DNA of 64,000 nt from Myxococcota bacterium (lineage in GTDB: Bacteria; Myxococcota_A; UBA9160; JAFDDA01), in NCBI GenBank assembly GCA_965228475.1, contig OZ245817.1:3424001-3488000 (forward strand), written 5' to 3'. The translations under genes were made by a program, and so were the position numbers. Each line of letters begins with the position of its first letter. Position 1 is the stretch's first letter. Below are positions 1 through 12,259 of the stretch, piece by piece. The notes below the pieces were generated by a model. The model ran no database searches, had not been told where the DNA came from, and was given only the letters and a program-made list of their open reading frames with translations.

Positions 1-2721
1 GGCCGTGCCCGGCGGGTCCACGACGTCGTTGTTCGCGCCGATCAGCGAGAACACGACGAGCAGCATCTGGAAGTTCCAGGAGAAGGCGTCCATGTAGCTG
101 TACCAGCCTTCGCCCGTGAAGGGATGGCCGTTACAGAACCCGACGTCGCCCGCGATCGGGCAGTTGAAGATCGTCGCGGCCGGGAGGCCGCCGCGGTTCT
201 CCGTGTGGGTCGGGATCTGGCGGTCCCCGTCGACCGCGAGCTGCCAGCCCGCCTCGACCGCACCCTCGGCGGCGCTGCCGGCCTTGCAGCCCGGCAGGAC
301 CACGAGGCCCGAACCCTGGACGAAGCGCTGACACCAGAACCGGCCGTTGGCCGCGGCGTAGGGGATCGTTCCGGGCTGACCGGCACCGAGCGTCGTCGAC
401 GGCGCGTTCGGCTGCGTGATCCACGCGGAGCTGATCGCGCTGGCCTCGGCGTTCAGGAGGTCGAGACCGTCGGCCTGGCAGGCCGTCCCGTAGAACGGAC
501 CGCAGCCGATCAGGGCCTGCTGCTGGGGCGTCAGGTTGTCCAGGCCGTTGCTGTTGCCGACGGCGACGTCGAGGTCGACGATCGGGATGTTCTGGGCCGT
601 GATGTTCGGGCAGTAGCCGAACGGGTCCGGGCCCGGGCAGGTCGTGCCGGGGAGCAGCAGCGCGAGAACCGCGGAGCCGGTGCCCAGGCCGATCTGGTCA
701 CCGCCGAGCGCCAGGCTGATCGCCTGGGCCGGGGTGATCGTGGCGAGCAGGCGGTTCTGCGAGTTGAAGATGCTCTGGGCGCACACCGTCGGGTCGAGGT
801 CCGCCGCGAAGGCGATGCTCGTGCTGCAGATGAAGGCGAACAGCTGCTGGTTGACCGAGTGCTTGGTCAGCGCTTCGGAGGCCAGCAGGCAGTCGGCCTC
901 GGTGCCCGTCGTGCACTGGCCGCGCTGGTTGCGCTCCCGCGGGCGGCCCGTGAAGGGATCCACGTTGCGCTCGTAGCGGAAGAGCTGGTCGGCGAAGGGG
1001 AAGTCGTCGTAGCCGTAGAAGTTGGTCAGGGCGAAGGAGAAGGCGCCGTAGCGGAACTCCATGCGCGCGCCGAACTCGAGGCCCTTGATGTCCTCCCAGG
1101 GCGCCGGCGGCCGGGTCAAGCCCGCGAGGCCGAAGCCACTGATGCCGTGGGCGAACAGGCCTGCCCGGATGTTGCAGGCGGGGTTCGGCGTATAGGGCTC
1201 GCCGCACTGGCCGAGGTCCGCGCCCTGGTACGTGTCGATGTTCGCGGCGACCTCGAGGCGCACGTCCTCGAGAGGCCCGACCTGCCAGAGCGACCAGACG
1301 GCGCGCGCCGCCCAGAGCGAGATGCGCGACTCCTCGAGGGAGGGCAGCGTCGAGAGCGCGAGGTCCTGCGGGTTGAACTGGTCCGTGGTGCGGAAGAGCT
1401 CGGTCTTCCCCATCACGATGCTCTGCTTGCCGAGGCGCAGCCACAGCGAGCTGTCGAACAGCTCGATGTCGACGTAGGCCTCCTTCAGGAAGTGGGTCTG
1501 CTGCTGGCTCGCGCCGCGGTTCCACTTGAGCTCCGACTCCCGGAAGTTCTGGTCGAAGTTGTCGAAGTTGTCGTCCGCGATCTGCTGGGCGAGCGCGAAG
1601 TTCGGGTAGTAGATGCCCTGGGCGAACTGCTGCTCGGCGCCGTTCGGGCCGACGATCGGCGCGGGGCGGTAGGGCAGCGCGGCAGTGCCGAAGCACTTCG
1701 AGGAGTTCCACTGGTCCCGGGCCGGATCGACCGGCGCCGCCGGGCCGCCGCCGTCGGCGCGCTGGGGCGTATTGAACTCGGAGCACGGCGCGACCTGCCC
1801 GCGCTGGAAGCCGACCTCGTCGTCGAGGAAGTTGCCGCGCGAGATCAGCTGCGAGCTCGGGTTCGGGCCGCCCGGCAGGAGGTCGCCGTAGGTGACCTGC
1901 GGGAGGATCGGGTTCAGGTCGCCGCTGCGGAAGGGGTTCGGCTTGTCGCGCAGGGCGCCGGTGCCGTCCACGAAGTTCTTCGGCAGCCACGGGCCCAGGG
2001 TCTGGGTGCCGTTGCCGTTGACCGAGCCGCGCACCTTGCGGAGTCCGAACTTGTAGTCGTCGAAGCGCGAGAGCACGAACGGGGCCGGGTCGTCGAAGTC
2101 ACCGAGGATCGAGTTCGCGCCTTCCTGGCCGAACAGCGTGTCGATGCCGGGGACGTTGAAGATGCTCGCAGGCTTGCGGCGGCCGCCCGGGAAGAGGCCC
2201 GGCTGCTCGAGCCCGGCGGCCAGGTTGGCGGGGGTCGTCGGCGCCGGGATGCCGAACTTCGTGGGGAGGATGTCGCGCGAGATGCCATGCCGCTTGCGGA
2301 CGTGGCCTGTGAACTGGCTTCCGGTGAAGCCGCTGCGGCGCCCGTCGCTGTAGCGCTTGGGCAGCTTCTTCGCGCGGTCCCCGAAGGCGTTCGCCGACGG
2401 GAAGACGTAACAGGCGCGGTCGTAGACGCAGTCGAAGCGGGCTTCCACGCGGGCGTACGCGGAGATGATGTCGAAGGGGCCCCAGCCATCGGGGGCGATG
2501 TCGAGTTCCATTTCCAGGTTGAGCACCTGGTACCACTGGGTGAGATCGAAGTCGTCGGTCCCGTCGAAGTTGCGCGAGATCACGCGCGTCTGGTTCTCGT
2601 AGAACCCGTGGATCTGAAGCGGCCCGGCTTCGATGGCCTGCACGCTCGGCGCTGCAAGCAGCACACAAACTGCGACCCACGCCGACGCAAGGAAACGGCT
2701 CGAAATCTGCACCCCGCCCAT
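1..2721 (-). CDS. Large exported/outer-membrane DUF1302-like protein, Cys-rich, 3'-truncated by the window edge (>907 aa)
   Basis: Missing from the ORF track because it has no stop in the window. Read manually: ATG at 2721 after GGAGG; signal peptide MGGVQISSRFLASAWVAVCVLLAAPSVQA; then IHGFYENQTR and LKEAYVDIELFDSSLWLRLGKQSIVMGKTELFRTTDQFNPQD, typical of DUF1302-type beta-barrel proteins. Confidence 0.7.
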   Translation of the reverse strand, partial: MGGVQISSRFLASAWVAVCVLLAAPSVQAIEAGPLQIHGFYENQTRVISRNFDGTDDFDLTQWYQVLNLEMELDIAPDGWGPFDIISAYARVEARFDCVYDRACYVFPSANAFGDRAKKLPKRYSDGRRSGFTGSQFTGHVRKRHGISRDILPTKFGIPAPTTPANLAAGLEQPGLFPGGRRKPASIFNVPGIDTLFGQEGANSILGDFDDPAPFVLSRFDDYKFGLRKVRGSVNGNGTQTLGPWLPKNFVDGTGALRDKPNPFRSGDLNPILPQVTYGDLLPGGPNPSSQLISRGNFLDDEVGFQRGQVAPCSEFNTPQRADGGGPAAPVDPARDQWNSSKCFGTAALPYRPAPIVGPNGAEQQFAQGIYYPNFALAQQIADDNFDNFDQNFRESELKWNRGASQQQTHFLKEAYVDIELFDSSLWLRLGKQSIVMGKTELFRTTDQFNPQDLALSTLPSLEESRISLWAARAVWSLWQVGPLEDVRLEVAANIDTYQGADLGQCGEPYTPNPACNIRAGLFAHGISGFGLAGLTRPPAPWEDIKGLEFGARMEFRYGAFSFALTNFYGYDDFPFADQLFRYERNVDPFTGRPRERNQRGQCTTGTEADCLLASEALTKHSVNQQLFAFICSTSIAFAADLDPTVCAQSIFNSQNRLLATITPAQAISLALGGDQIGLGTGSAVLALLLPGTTCPGPDPFGYCPNITAQNIPIVDLDVAVGNSNGLDNLTPQQQALIGCGPFYGTACQADGLDLLNAEASAISSAWITQPNAPSTTLGAGQPGTIPYAAANGRFWCQRFVQGSGLVVLPGCKAGSAAEGAVEAGWQLAVDGDRQIPTHTENRGGLPAATIFNCPIAGDVGFCNGHPFTGEGWYSYMDAFSWNFQMLLVVFSLIGANNDVVDPPGTA

Positions 2722-2788
2722 GAAACCCTCCAGCAGACGGCCCGGGTTCGACCCGGCGCCCGTCGCGCGCCCCAGTAACGACACCGCC

Positions 2789-2818
2789 CTTATATGATGA
2801 AACGTTGCGTGATTACAA
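2789..2818 (-). promoter_or_regulatory. Putative sigma70-type promoter for the DUF1302-like gene
   Basis: Minus strand TTGTAA-N18-TATAAG in an AT-rich patch; CGTTG-N8-CAACG dyad (2803-2820) overlaps the -35. Confidence 0.4.
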
Positions 2819-3023
2819 CGGATTCTTGCGAGCGGACGATGTGGTGTAGGGGGGGTTCGGGCCCAGCGGTCCGAAACGCGGCGAACGACGCAGCGCGCGG
2901 CGCACTGCGTCATTCGCGGATCGGCGTCGCGGAATCCGGGCGAAGGCCCCGGATCCGGCTCGACGGACGACGCTGGAGTTCAGGTTTGGCGGGGGCTTGG
3001 CGCCGTCGGGGGCGCGCTTTCGG

Positions 3024-5897
3024 CTAGTCGTCGTTCTCGGGCGCCGACTTCCGGGCGGCGGCCTTCTTGGTCGTCTTCTTGGCGGCCGCCTTCTTCTTCG
3101 TGGCCTTCTTGGTCGTCTTCTTCTTGGCCGTTTTTTTCTTGGCGGTCTTCTTCTTCGCGGCCTTCTTCTTCCCGGAGGCGCGGGCGGCCTTGCGGCGGGG
3201 CTCGGCGCCCTCCGCCTTGGCGGGCGTCTTGCCCTTCTTCTTCTTGCCCTCCCCCCGCGGCTGGAACTCGAAGCCGTGGCGGCCGGTGTCCTTGAGCACG
3301 AGCGTCGCCGAGAACGGCCGCCCGAAGCGCGAGGTGAAGTCGGTCAGGAGCTCGGTGCGGCGGTTCGCCAGGTAGTGGAGCGCCTCGTCCCGGGTGATTT
3401 CACGCTTGCAGACCGTCCGCGGCAGGATGTAGCCGCAGGCCTTCTCGACCTTCTTCCGCCGCTTCTTCTTGACCGTCTTGCCTTCCTTGGCCGCGGCCTC
3501 GACCTCGGCGGCGAAGGCCTCTTCCTCGGCCTTGGCGATCTTCGCGAGCTCCTCTTCCTGCTTGAGCCGCGCCTCGCACTCGAAGGTCGTCGCGGTCTCG
3601 ACGATCGGGTGGTCCTCGCACATCGGGCACTGGCCGAGGGGCTCGGTATCGACGTCGTATTCGGGCGTCGCGCTCTCGCCTTCCTCGTTCCAGCCGACCG
3701 AGCGGACCTTCACCTTCCACTCGTCGCGGTCGAGCTCGAGCACGCCCTTGTAGGTGCGCCCGTTGCGCGCGGTGAAGCCGTCGAGGACGGGCGTCTCGCC
3801 GTGCTCGATCAAGGCCTTCACGGCGCCGCGATCCATGTAGCGGCCCGAGGTGTCCTTCCAGAAGATGACGGGCGGGTTCTCGTCGTCGTTCTCGCCCTCG
3901 GCCTTGTAGAACCAGGAGTGCTCGAAGACGGGCTTGCCGTTGCGCGGGTCCTTGCCGAGCGGCTCCTCGTCCCGGTAGAGCTCGTCGTACTCGAAGTGCT
4001 TGGCCACCTCGACGATCCCGCGCGCGTAGTCCTTGATGTCCTCGATGAACTTCTCGCCCGTGCGCTCGCCCTTCTCCACTTCGCGGAGCTGGAACTCGAG
4101 CTCACCGGTCAGGGCCGGCGAGGCGATGCGGTCGATGTCGGCGGCGTGGGCGCGCCCGGCCTCGGTCTTCGCCATGCGCACGAGGCTGTCGATCAGGCGC
4201 ATGCCTTTCACCGTCGGGCGAAGCGACTTCCCGAGCCGGACGGCGTAGCCCTTGGCGATCAGGTTCTCGATCACCTCGGCGCGCGTCGCCGGAGTACCGA
4301 TGCCCTTCTCGTGCAGCGCCGCGGAGAGTTCCTCGTCCTCGATCTGCTTGCCGGCGTTCTCCATGAGCGAGAGCAGGCGCGCTTCCGAGATGCGCGGGGG
4401 CGGCTTGGTCTCTTCCTCGCTCGATTCGACGCCGAGCGCCTCGACGGCGACGCCGCTCGCCTCGGTCTCGCCGCTGCGCAGGGCCGGCAGCGTCTCGGCT
4501 TCGTCGTCGCTCCCCGCCGGCAGGATCGCGCGCCAGCCGGGCGTGCGGAGCACGCGCGCCCGCGAGCGGAAGCTCTCCCCCGCGACCTCGGTGGTGCGCT
4601 CGACGCGCTCCCAGATCGCGACGGGGTGGAAGGTCGCGAGGAAGCGCCGGGTCACGAGGTCGTAGAGGCGGCGGTCGTCGCCGGAGAGCTCGCCCGAGGG
4701 CAGCGTTCCGGTCGGGATGATCGCGAAGTGGTCGGAGACGCCCTTGTCGTCGAAGGTGCGCTTCTCGTTCTCGAGCCCGTTGTCGATCAGGTTCTTCGCG
4801 GCGGTGGCGTACTCCGCGAGCGGCAGCGGCGCACTCCCCTTCCCTTCCGCGAAGCTCGCGAGGATGCCGTCGACGGTCTCGCGGTAGTCGTTCGGCAGGC
4901 AGCGGGAGTCGGTCCGCGGGTAGGTCAGGATCTTGTGACCCTCGTAGCAGCGCTGGGCGGCCGAGAGCGCCCGGCGCGCCGACCAGCCGAAGCGGCGGTT
5001 CGCTTCGCGCTGGAGGCTCGTCAGGTCAAACAGCGGCGGTGCACTCTCGCGCGAGGGCTTGCGCGTCTCGCTCGCCTCGGCGGGCTGGCCCGTCGTGGCC
5101 TCGACGATCGCGCGCGCGCGCTGCTCGTCGAAGATGCGGTCTTCCTTGGCGTGCTCGTCGTCGCCCGCCTTGAAGTTCGGATCGAACCACGTGCCGAGGT
5201 ATTCGTTGCTCTCGTGGGAGAAGCGCGCCTCGACCTTCCAGAAGGGCTTCGGGACGTGGGCCAGGACCTCGTGCTCGCGCGCCACGAGCAGCGCGAGCGT
5301 CGGCGTCTGCACGCGGCCGGCCGACCACGCGCCCGCCTCGCGCCGGCTCTTGAAACGCTTGGTGATGGCGCGCGTCGCGTTCATGCCGATCAGCCAGTCC
5401 GCGACGGAACGGCACTCGGCGGCGGCGGCAAGGCCTTCGAGCTCCTCGCCCGGCCGGAGGTTCTCGAAGCCGTTCTTGATGGCATCCCGCGTCATGGACT
5501 GGAGCCAGAGCCGCTTCACGGGCTTGTCGGACTCGAAGTACTTCAGGATCTCGCGGAAGATGAGCTCACCCTCGCGCCCGGCGTCGCAGGCGTTCACGAC
5601 GGCGTCGATGTCCTTGCGCTGGAGGAGCTTCTTGATCACGCGGATGCGCTCGCTCTGGCGCGCCTTCGGCTTCAGGGGAACCGTCTCGGGCACGATCGGG
5701 AGCACGTCGAGGGTCCAGCGCTTGAAGACCGGGTCGACCTCCTCGGGGCCGAGCAGCTCGAACAGGTGGCCGACCGCGAAGGTCAGGACGCGGTCGTCGC
5801 TCTCCCAATATCCATCGTGCTCTTCGAAGCCGCCGAGGGCCGCGGCGATGTCGCGCGCGACGCTCGGTTTCTCCGTGATGATGAGGTCCTTGCCCAC
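3024..5897 (-). CDS. topB: Type IA DNA topoisomerase (topoisomerase III-like) with C-terminal repeats and Lys/Ala-rich tail
   Basis: GTG start KDLIITEKPSVARDIA; ACDAGREGELIF (TOPRIM), SAGRVQTPTL, LTYPRTDS (catalytic Tyr), GIGTPATRA; C-terminal repeats (DGFTARNGRTY, DFTSRFGRPFSATL). Confidence 0.9.
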   Translation of the reverse strand: MGKDLIITEKPSVARDIAAALGGFEEHDGYWESDDRVLTFAVGHLFELLGPEEVDPVFKRWTLDVLPIVPETVPLKPKARQSERIRVIKKLLQRKDIDAVVNACDAGREGELIFREILKYFESDKPVKRLWLQSMTRDAIKNGFENLRPGEELEGLAAAAECRSVADWLIGMNATRAITKRFKSRREAGAWSAGRVQTPTLALLVAREHEVLAHVPKPFWKVEARFSHESNEYLGTWFDPNFKAGDDEHAKEDRIFDEQRARAIVEATTGQPAEASETRKPSRESAPPLFDLTSLQREANRRFGWSARRALSAAQRCYEGHKILTYPRTDSRCLPNDYRETVDGILASFAEGKGSAPLPLAEYATAAKNLIDNGLENEKRTFDDKGVSDHFAIIPTGTLPSGELSGDDRRLYDLVTRRFLATFHPVAIWERVERTTEVAGESFRSRARVLRTPGWRAILPAGSDDEAETLPALRSGETEASGVAVEALGVESSEEETKPPPRISEARLLSLMENAGKQIEDEELSAALHEKGIGTPATRAEVIENLIAKGYAVRLGKSLRPTVKGMRLIDSLVRMAKTEAGRAHAADIDRIASPALTGELEFQLREVEKGERTGEKFIEDIKDYARGIVEVAKHFEYDELYRDEEPLGKDPRNGKPVFEHSWFYKAEGENDDENPPVIFWKDTSGRYMDRGAVKALIEHGETPVLDGFTARNGRTYKGVLELDRDEWKVKVRSVGWNEEGESATPEYDVDTEPLGQCPMCEDHPIVETATTFECEARLKQEEELAKIAKAEEEAFAAEVEAAAKEGKTVKKKRRKKVEKACGYILPRTVCKREITRDEALHYLANRRTELLTDFTSRFGRPFSATLVLKDTGRHGFEFQPRGEGKKKKGKTPAKAEGAEPRRKAARASGKKKAAKKKTAKKKTAKKKTTKKATKKKAAAKKTTKKAAARKSAPENDD
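3055..3172 (-). repeat. Low-complexity repeats encoding a histone H1-like KKKAA/KKKTA/KKTT tail of the topoisomerase
   Basis: Repeated ttcttctt/ggcc units; protein KKKAAKKKTAKKKTAKKKTTKKATKKKAAAKKTTKKAAA. Confidence 0.8.
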
Positions 5898-6078
5898 GAA
5901 GCTCTCTCCCCCCTCGGTCGAGTCGTGATGGGGCGCACGGGTAGCCCGGCATTTCGAACCCATCAAATGGGTTGTTTTACACACGCCTCTCGGGGCCCCG
6001 GCGAGCGCCCCGTCCGCAACGCGTCGGATGTGGGCCCGCGAACTTGAGCCCGGCCCGCCCACCGGTTGAGCTCCTTGA

Positions 6079-7227
<1,149 letters not shown>

Positions 7228-7240
7228 TCCCGAGCGCCCC

Positions 7241-7292
7241 CTGACCCGGGGGACGTTCCTGCCTAGCTGACGAGACGGACGTTCCTGCCTAG
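7241..7292. repeat. Two tandem 26-bp units CTGAC-N5-GGACGTTCCTGCCTAG
   Basis: 7241-7266 and 7267-7292, identical except for the 5-nt variable block; lies between convergent genes. Confidence 0.75.
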
Positions 7293-8641
7293 GGCGCGAG
7301 CGGTGCCGGGTCGCCCTGGGGCACGAGGCTCTCGGGGACCGGCATGATGTTCCAGGTCAGGTACGCGCTCGGGTGCTCCTTGCGGTAGATCACTTCCTTC
7401 TCGAAGCGGCCGTTCTCCCACGCGTAGCGCCGCAGCTCGCCGTCCTGATCGCTCGCGACGTAGAGCTCGTCGCGCCCGTCGCCGTCGAGGTCGGTCAGGG
7501 TCGAGGCGTGCTCGAAGCCGCCGGACTGCCGGTCGATCTGGGTGCGCGTCCAGGAGCCGTTCGGGTCGTCGCCGGGCCGCAGGAGCCACAGCCCGCTGCG
7601 GAAGGAGGCCACGACCATCTCCTTCGTGCCGTCGCCGTCGACGTCGCCCACGGTGATGAAGCGGCAGAGCCGGTCCTGGAGCGTCGCGACGACGGCGCCG
7701 GCCGCCGGGTCCGTGCCGGCCTCGTAGCGGCGGATCTCCACCGGGTGGACGAGCCGGGTCGAGGCGCCCTTCCCTTCCGCGTGGCCCTCGACGGCGACGT
7801 ACAGTTCGTCGGTGCCGTCGCCGTCGACGTCGCCGACGTAGATCTCCTTGGCGTGGCGGTCGCCTAGGTCGGCGGCCACCGTGCCTTCGATCGGCTCGCC
7901 GGGAGCCCCCGGCACGTAGCGCTTCACCTGGCCGCGCTGGACGCTGCCGTCGAGCCGGTTCGGCTCGCTCGGCGTCGAGTAGATCTCGAGCTGGCCGTCG
8001 CCGTCGACGTCGCCGATCTCGATCTCGTGGACGAAGGTGTCGGCCTCCGCGTCGATGCGCTCGACGTCCCAGCCGCCTTCGGCCTTCGGCGAGACGATCG
8101 CCACGACGCCCTGGTCGTGGGTGGCGACCGCGATCTCGGGCCGGCCCGAGCCGTGGAGGTCGGCGATCTCCGCGTCGCGCATGCGGTTGAACTTGCCGCC
8201 GAACTCGGCCTCCCAGAGGTTCTCGGCGATCCACTGGTTGTTGCCGGTGCCGGGCTCCCAGAGCTTCAGGAACGCGCCGGAACCGCCCAGGGTGAGGATC
8301 CCGGTGCGGCCGTTCGGCGGCGTGTAGACCATGGCCTTGTGGTAGACGTTCGAGTCCTTGTCCTCGAGGGTCGACATCTGCCAGACGCCGTCGCGCTGGG
8401 CCAGGAACTCGAGCAGCGCGGGGCCGGGCTTGGGCAGGACCTTCCCCTCCGGGCTCACCTCGAACTGCGAGAGCGCGACGAGCAGGCCGTTCGGCAGGGT
8501 CGGCCCGGCCGGGGCCGCCGGCTCGCTCTCGCCGCCGCCGCAGCCGCCCAGCACGAGGGCGGCCGCGCACAGGGCGCCTCCGAGTTGCCGCGCCCGCGCG
8601 GCCTTCGCTCCGTGGCTTCCGATCGACTCCGTACCCTGCAT
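7289..8641 (-). CDS. FG-GAP/VCBS-repeat beta-propeller lipoprotein
   Basis: Lipobox-like VLGGC; repeated GDVDGDG/DLDGDGRDEL Ca-binding motifs. Confidence 0.8.
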   Translation of the reverse strand: MQGTESIGSHGAKAARARQLGGALCAAALVLGGCGGGESEPAAPAGPTLPNGLLVALSQFEVSPEGKVLPKPGPALLEFLAQRDGVWQMSTLEDKDSNVYHKAMVYTPPNGRTGILTLGGSGAFLKLWEPGTGNNQWIAENLWEAEFGGKFNRMRDAEIADLHGSGRPEIAVATHDQGVVAIVSPKAEGGWDVERIDAEADTFVHEIEIGDVDGDGQLEIYSTPSEPNRLDGSVQRGQVKRYVPGAPGEPIEGTVAADLGDRHAKEIYVGDVDGDGTDELYVAVEGHAEGKGASTRLVHPVEIRRYEAGTDPAAGAVVATLQDRLCRFITVGDVDGDGTKEMVVASFRSGLWLLRPGDDPNGSWTRTQIDRQSGGFEHASTLTDLDGDGRDELYVASDQDGELRRYAWENGRFEKEVIYRKEHPSAYLTWNIMPVPESLVPQGDPAPLAP

Positions 8642-8752
8642 GCTCGTGCCCCTCTCGATCCGGGGGCGTGCCCCCTTTGAACCGGTGTCTTGTAGCAACT
8701 GGCGGAGCGCCGCGCCGCGCGCCGGGGCCGTGCCTGCGCTAATTCCATGGGC

Positions 8753-10042
8753 GTGGCGGGGAAAGACGGACACCTCCAGGCGCCGCGCGGGACCCGGGAC
8801 TTCTACCCCGAGGACGTTCGCCTGCGCAGCTGGCTCTTCGGGCACTTCCGGGAAGTGGCCCGGCGCTTCGGCTTCGAGGAGGTCGACGCGCCGATCGTCG
8901 AGCACGCGGAGCTCTTCATCCGCAAGGCCGGCGAGGAGATCGTCGACCAGCTCTACCACTTCGAGCTCCACGGCCGGCACCTGGCGCTGCGTCCCGAGCT
9001 CACGCCCTCGCTCTCGCGCATGCTGATCGCCCGGGCGGGCGCCCTGGCCCTGCCCGTGCGCTGGTTCGCGATCGGCCAGAACTGGCGCTACGAGCGCATG
9101 ACCCGCGGCCGCAAGCGCGAGCACTACCAGTGGAACGTCGAGATCCTCGGCGAGGCCTCCGTGGCCGCCGAAGCCGAGCTGATGGCCGCGATCTTCACCC
9201 TCTTCGATCGCGTCGGGCTCCCGCGCGATGCCATCCGCATGCGGGTGAACAGCCGCGCCCTGCTCGAGGAGACCCTGCGCGGCGGCGTCCTGCGGGACCG
9301 GCCGGAGGTGTTCGAGCCGCTCTGCGTCGTGATCGACAAGCTCGACAAGATCGGCGCCGAGGCCGTGGTCGAGCAGCTGACGGCCGCGGACGGCCCGGTC
9401 GGGCTCGGTGAAGCCGAAGCGCGGGAGGTGCTCGCCGCTCTCCAGGTGAAGGACCTCGAGGAGGCCGCAGCGCGAGCGCCCGCCGACTCCGCCGGCCTCG
9501 CGGACCTGCGGCGCCTGTTCGAGCTGCTCGAGGCCTACGGCGTGGCCGACCGGGTGGTCTTCGACGCCGCGGTGGTCCGGGGCCTCGCCTACTACACCGG
9601 CATCGTCTTCGAGGCCTTCGACGCCGCCGGGGAGCTGCGCGCCGTGTGCGGCGGCGGGCGCTACGACGGCCTGGTCGAGCAGCTCGGCGGCCCCTCCCAG
9701 CCCGCGGTCGGCTTCGGCTTCGGCGACGTCGTGATCCTCGAGCTGCTCTCGGACCGCGGCCTCCTGCCCGAGCTCCCGCGGGACCTCGACGCCCTGGTCT
9801 TCGCCTTCTCGGAGGAGGAGCGGCCCGCCGCCGTGCGCGTGGCCTCGCAGCTGCGCGCCGCGGGCCGCTCGACGGAGCTCGTGCTCGGGACGCCCCGGCT
9901 CAAACGGGTGCTGAAGGACGCGGACCGCTCCGGCGCGCGCGAGCTCTGGGCGATCGGCCCGGACGAGGCCGCCCGCGGCGTGGCCCGGGTCCGGGACCTC
10001 GCGAGCGGCGAGCAACGGGACGAGCCACTTCCCGAGGCCTGA
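8753..10042 (+). CDS. hisS: Histidine--tRNA ligase
   Basis: PRGTRDFYP, LALRPELTPS, WRYERMTRGRKREHYQ, VRGLAYYTGIVFE, GGGRYD, PAVGFGFG. Start may be ATG 8747. Confidence 0.95.
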   Translation: MAGKDGHLQAPRGTRDFYPEDVRLRSWLFGHFREVARRFGFEEVDAPIVEHAELFIRKAGEEIVDQLYHFELHGRHLALRPELTPSLSRMLIARAGALALPVRWFAIGQNWRYERMTRGRKREHYQWNVEILGEASVAAEAELMAAIFTLFDRVGLPRDAIRMRVNSRALLEETLRGGVLRDRPEVFEPLCVVIDKLDKIGAEAVVEQLTAADGPVGLGEAEAREVLAALQVKDLEEAAARAPADSAGLADLRRLFELLEAYGVADRVVFDAAVVRGLAYYTGIVFEAFDAAGELRAVCGGGRYDGLVEQLGGPSQPAVGFGFGDVVILELLSDRGLLPELPRDLDALVFAFSEEERPAAVRVASQLRAAGRSTELVLGTPRLKRVLKDADRSGARELWAIGPDEAARGVARVRDLASGEQRDEPLPEA

Positions 10043-10182
10043 GCCGGCTGTCGAGCCTTCGCCCCGGCCGTCCGCCGCCCGGGCCGGAACCCACTCACTT
10101 CGACCGACTTTTTCCCCGACCGGCCCCGAAGCCGGCGCTATAACCTAACGGCGTTTCGCCCCATGGAGCAGGAGCCCCGCCC

Positions 10183-12087
<1,905 letters not shown>

Positions 12088-12110
12088 GGCCTATCTCTGA
12101 TACGCCGCGC

Positions 12111-12209
12111 CGGGTTGGGGGAAGGTCTGCCGAACCGACGTCACGCAGGTCTTGCCAGTGACCGGCATCGGGGATGGGTTTACGGTCCGGCAGACCTTCC
12201 CCCAACCCG
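12111..12209. repeat. Long inverted repeat A (27-bp arms, 1 mismatch, 45-nt loop)
   Basis: 12111-12137 cgggttgggggaaggtctgccgaaccg pairs with 12183-12209. Confidence 0.9.
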
Positions 12210-12222
12210 ACGCTCCTCGGGG

Positions 12223-12248
12223 TGCGGTCGTCCCGCCGCAGGTTTTTT
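12223..12248 (+). terminator. Possible weak intrinsic terminator
   Basis: tgcgg-N8-ccgca followed by ggtttttt, downstream of speA. Confidence 0.3.
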
Positions 12249-12259
12249 GGGAGTACGGA

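Noticed and set aside
2740..2758. CCGGGTTCGACCCGG resembling a tRNA T-arm
   Set aside because: The loop is too short and there is no acceptor, D or anticodon arm; it is just a small leader hairpin.
124..6047. Long plus-strand ORFs of 884 aa and 1016 aa, and similar long ORFs elsewhere (13097-15808, 24315-27056, 53208-55898, 58886-61165)
   Set aside because: Antisense shadows of real genes. High GC3 removes stops on the opposite strand, and the translations lack recognisable motifs.
7241..7292. Possible mini CRISPR array
   Set aside because: Only two units, no spacer of CRISPR length, and no cas genes.
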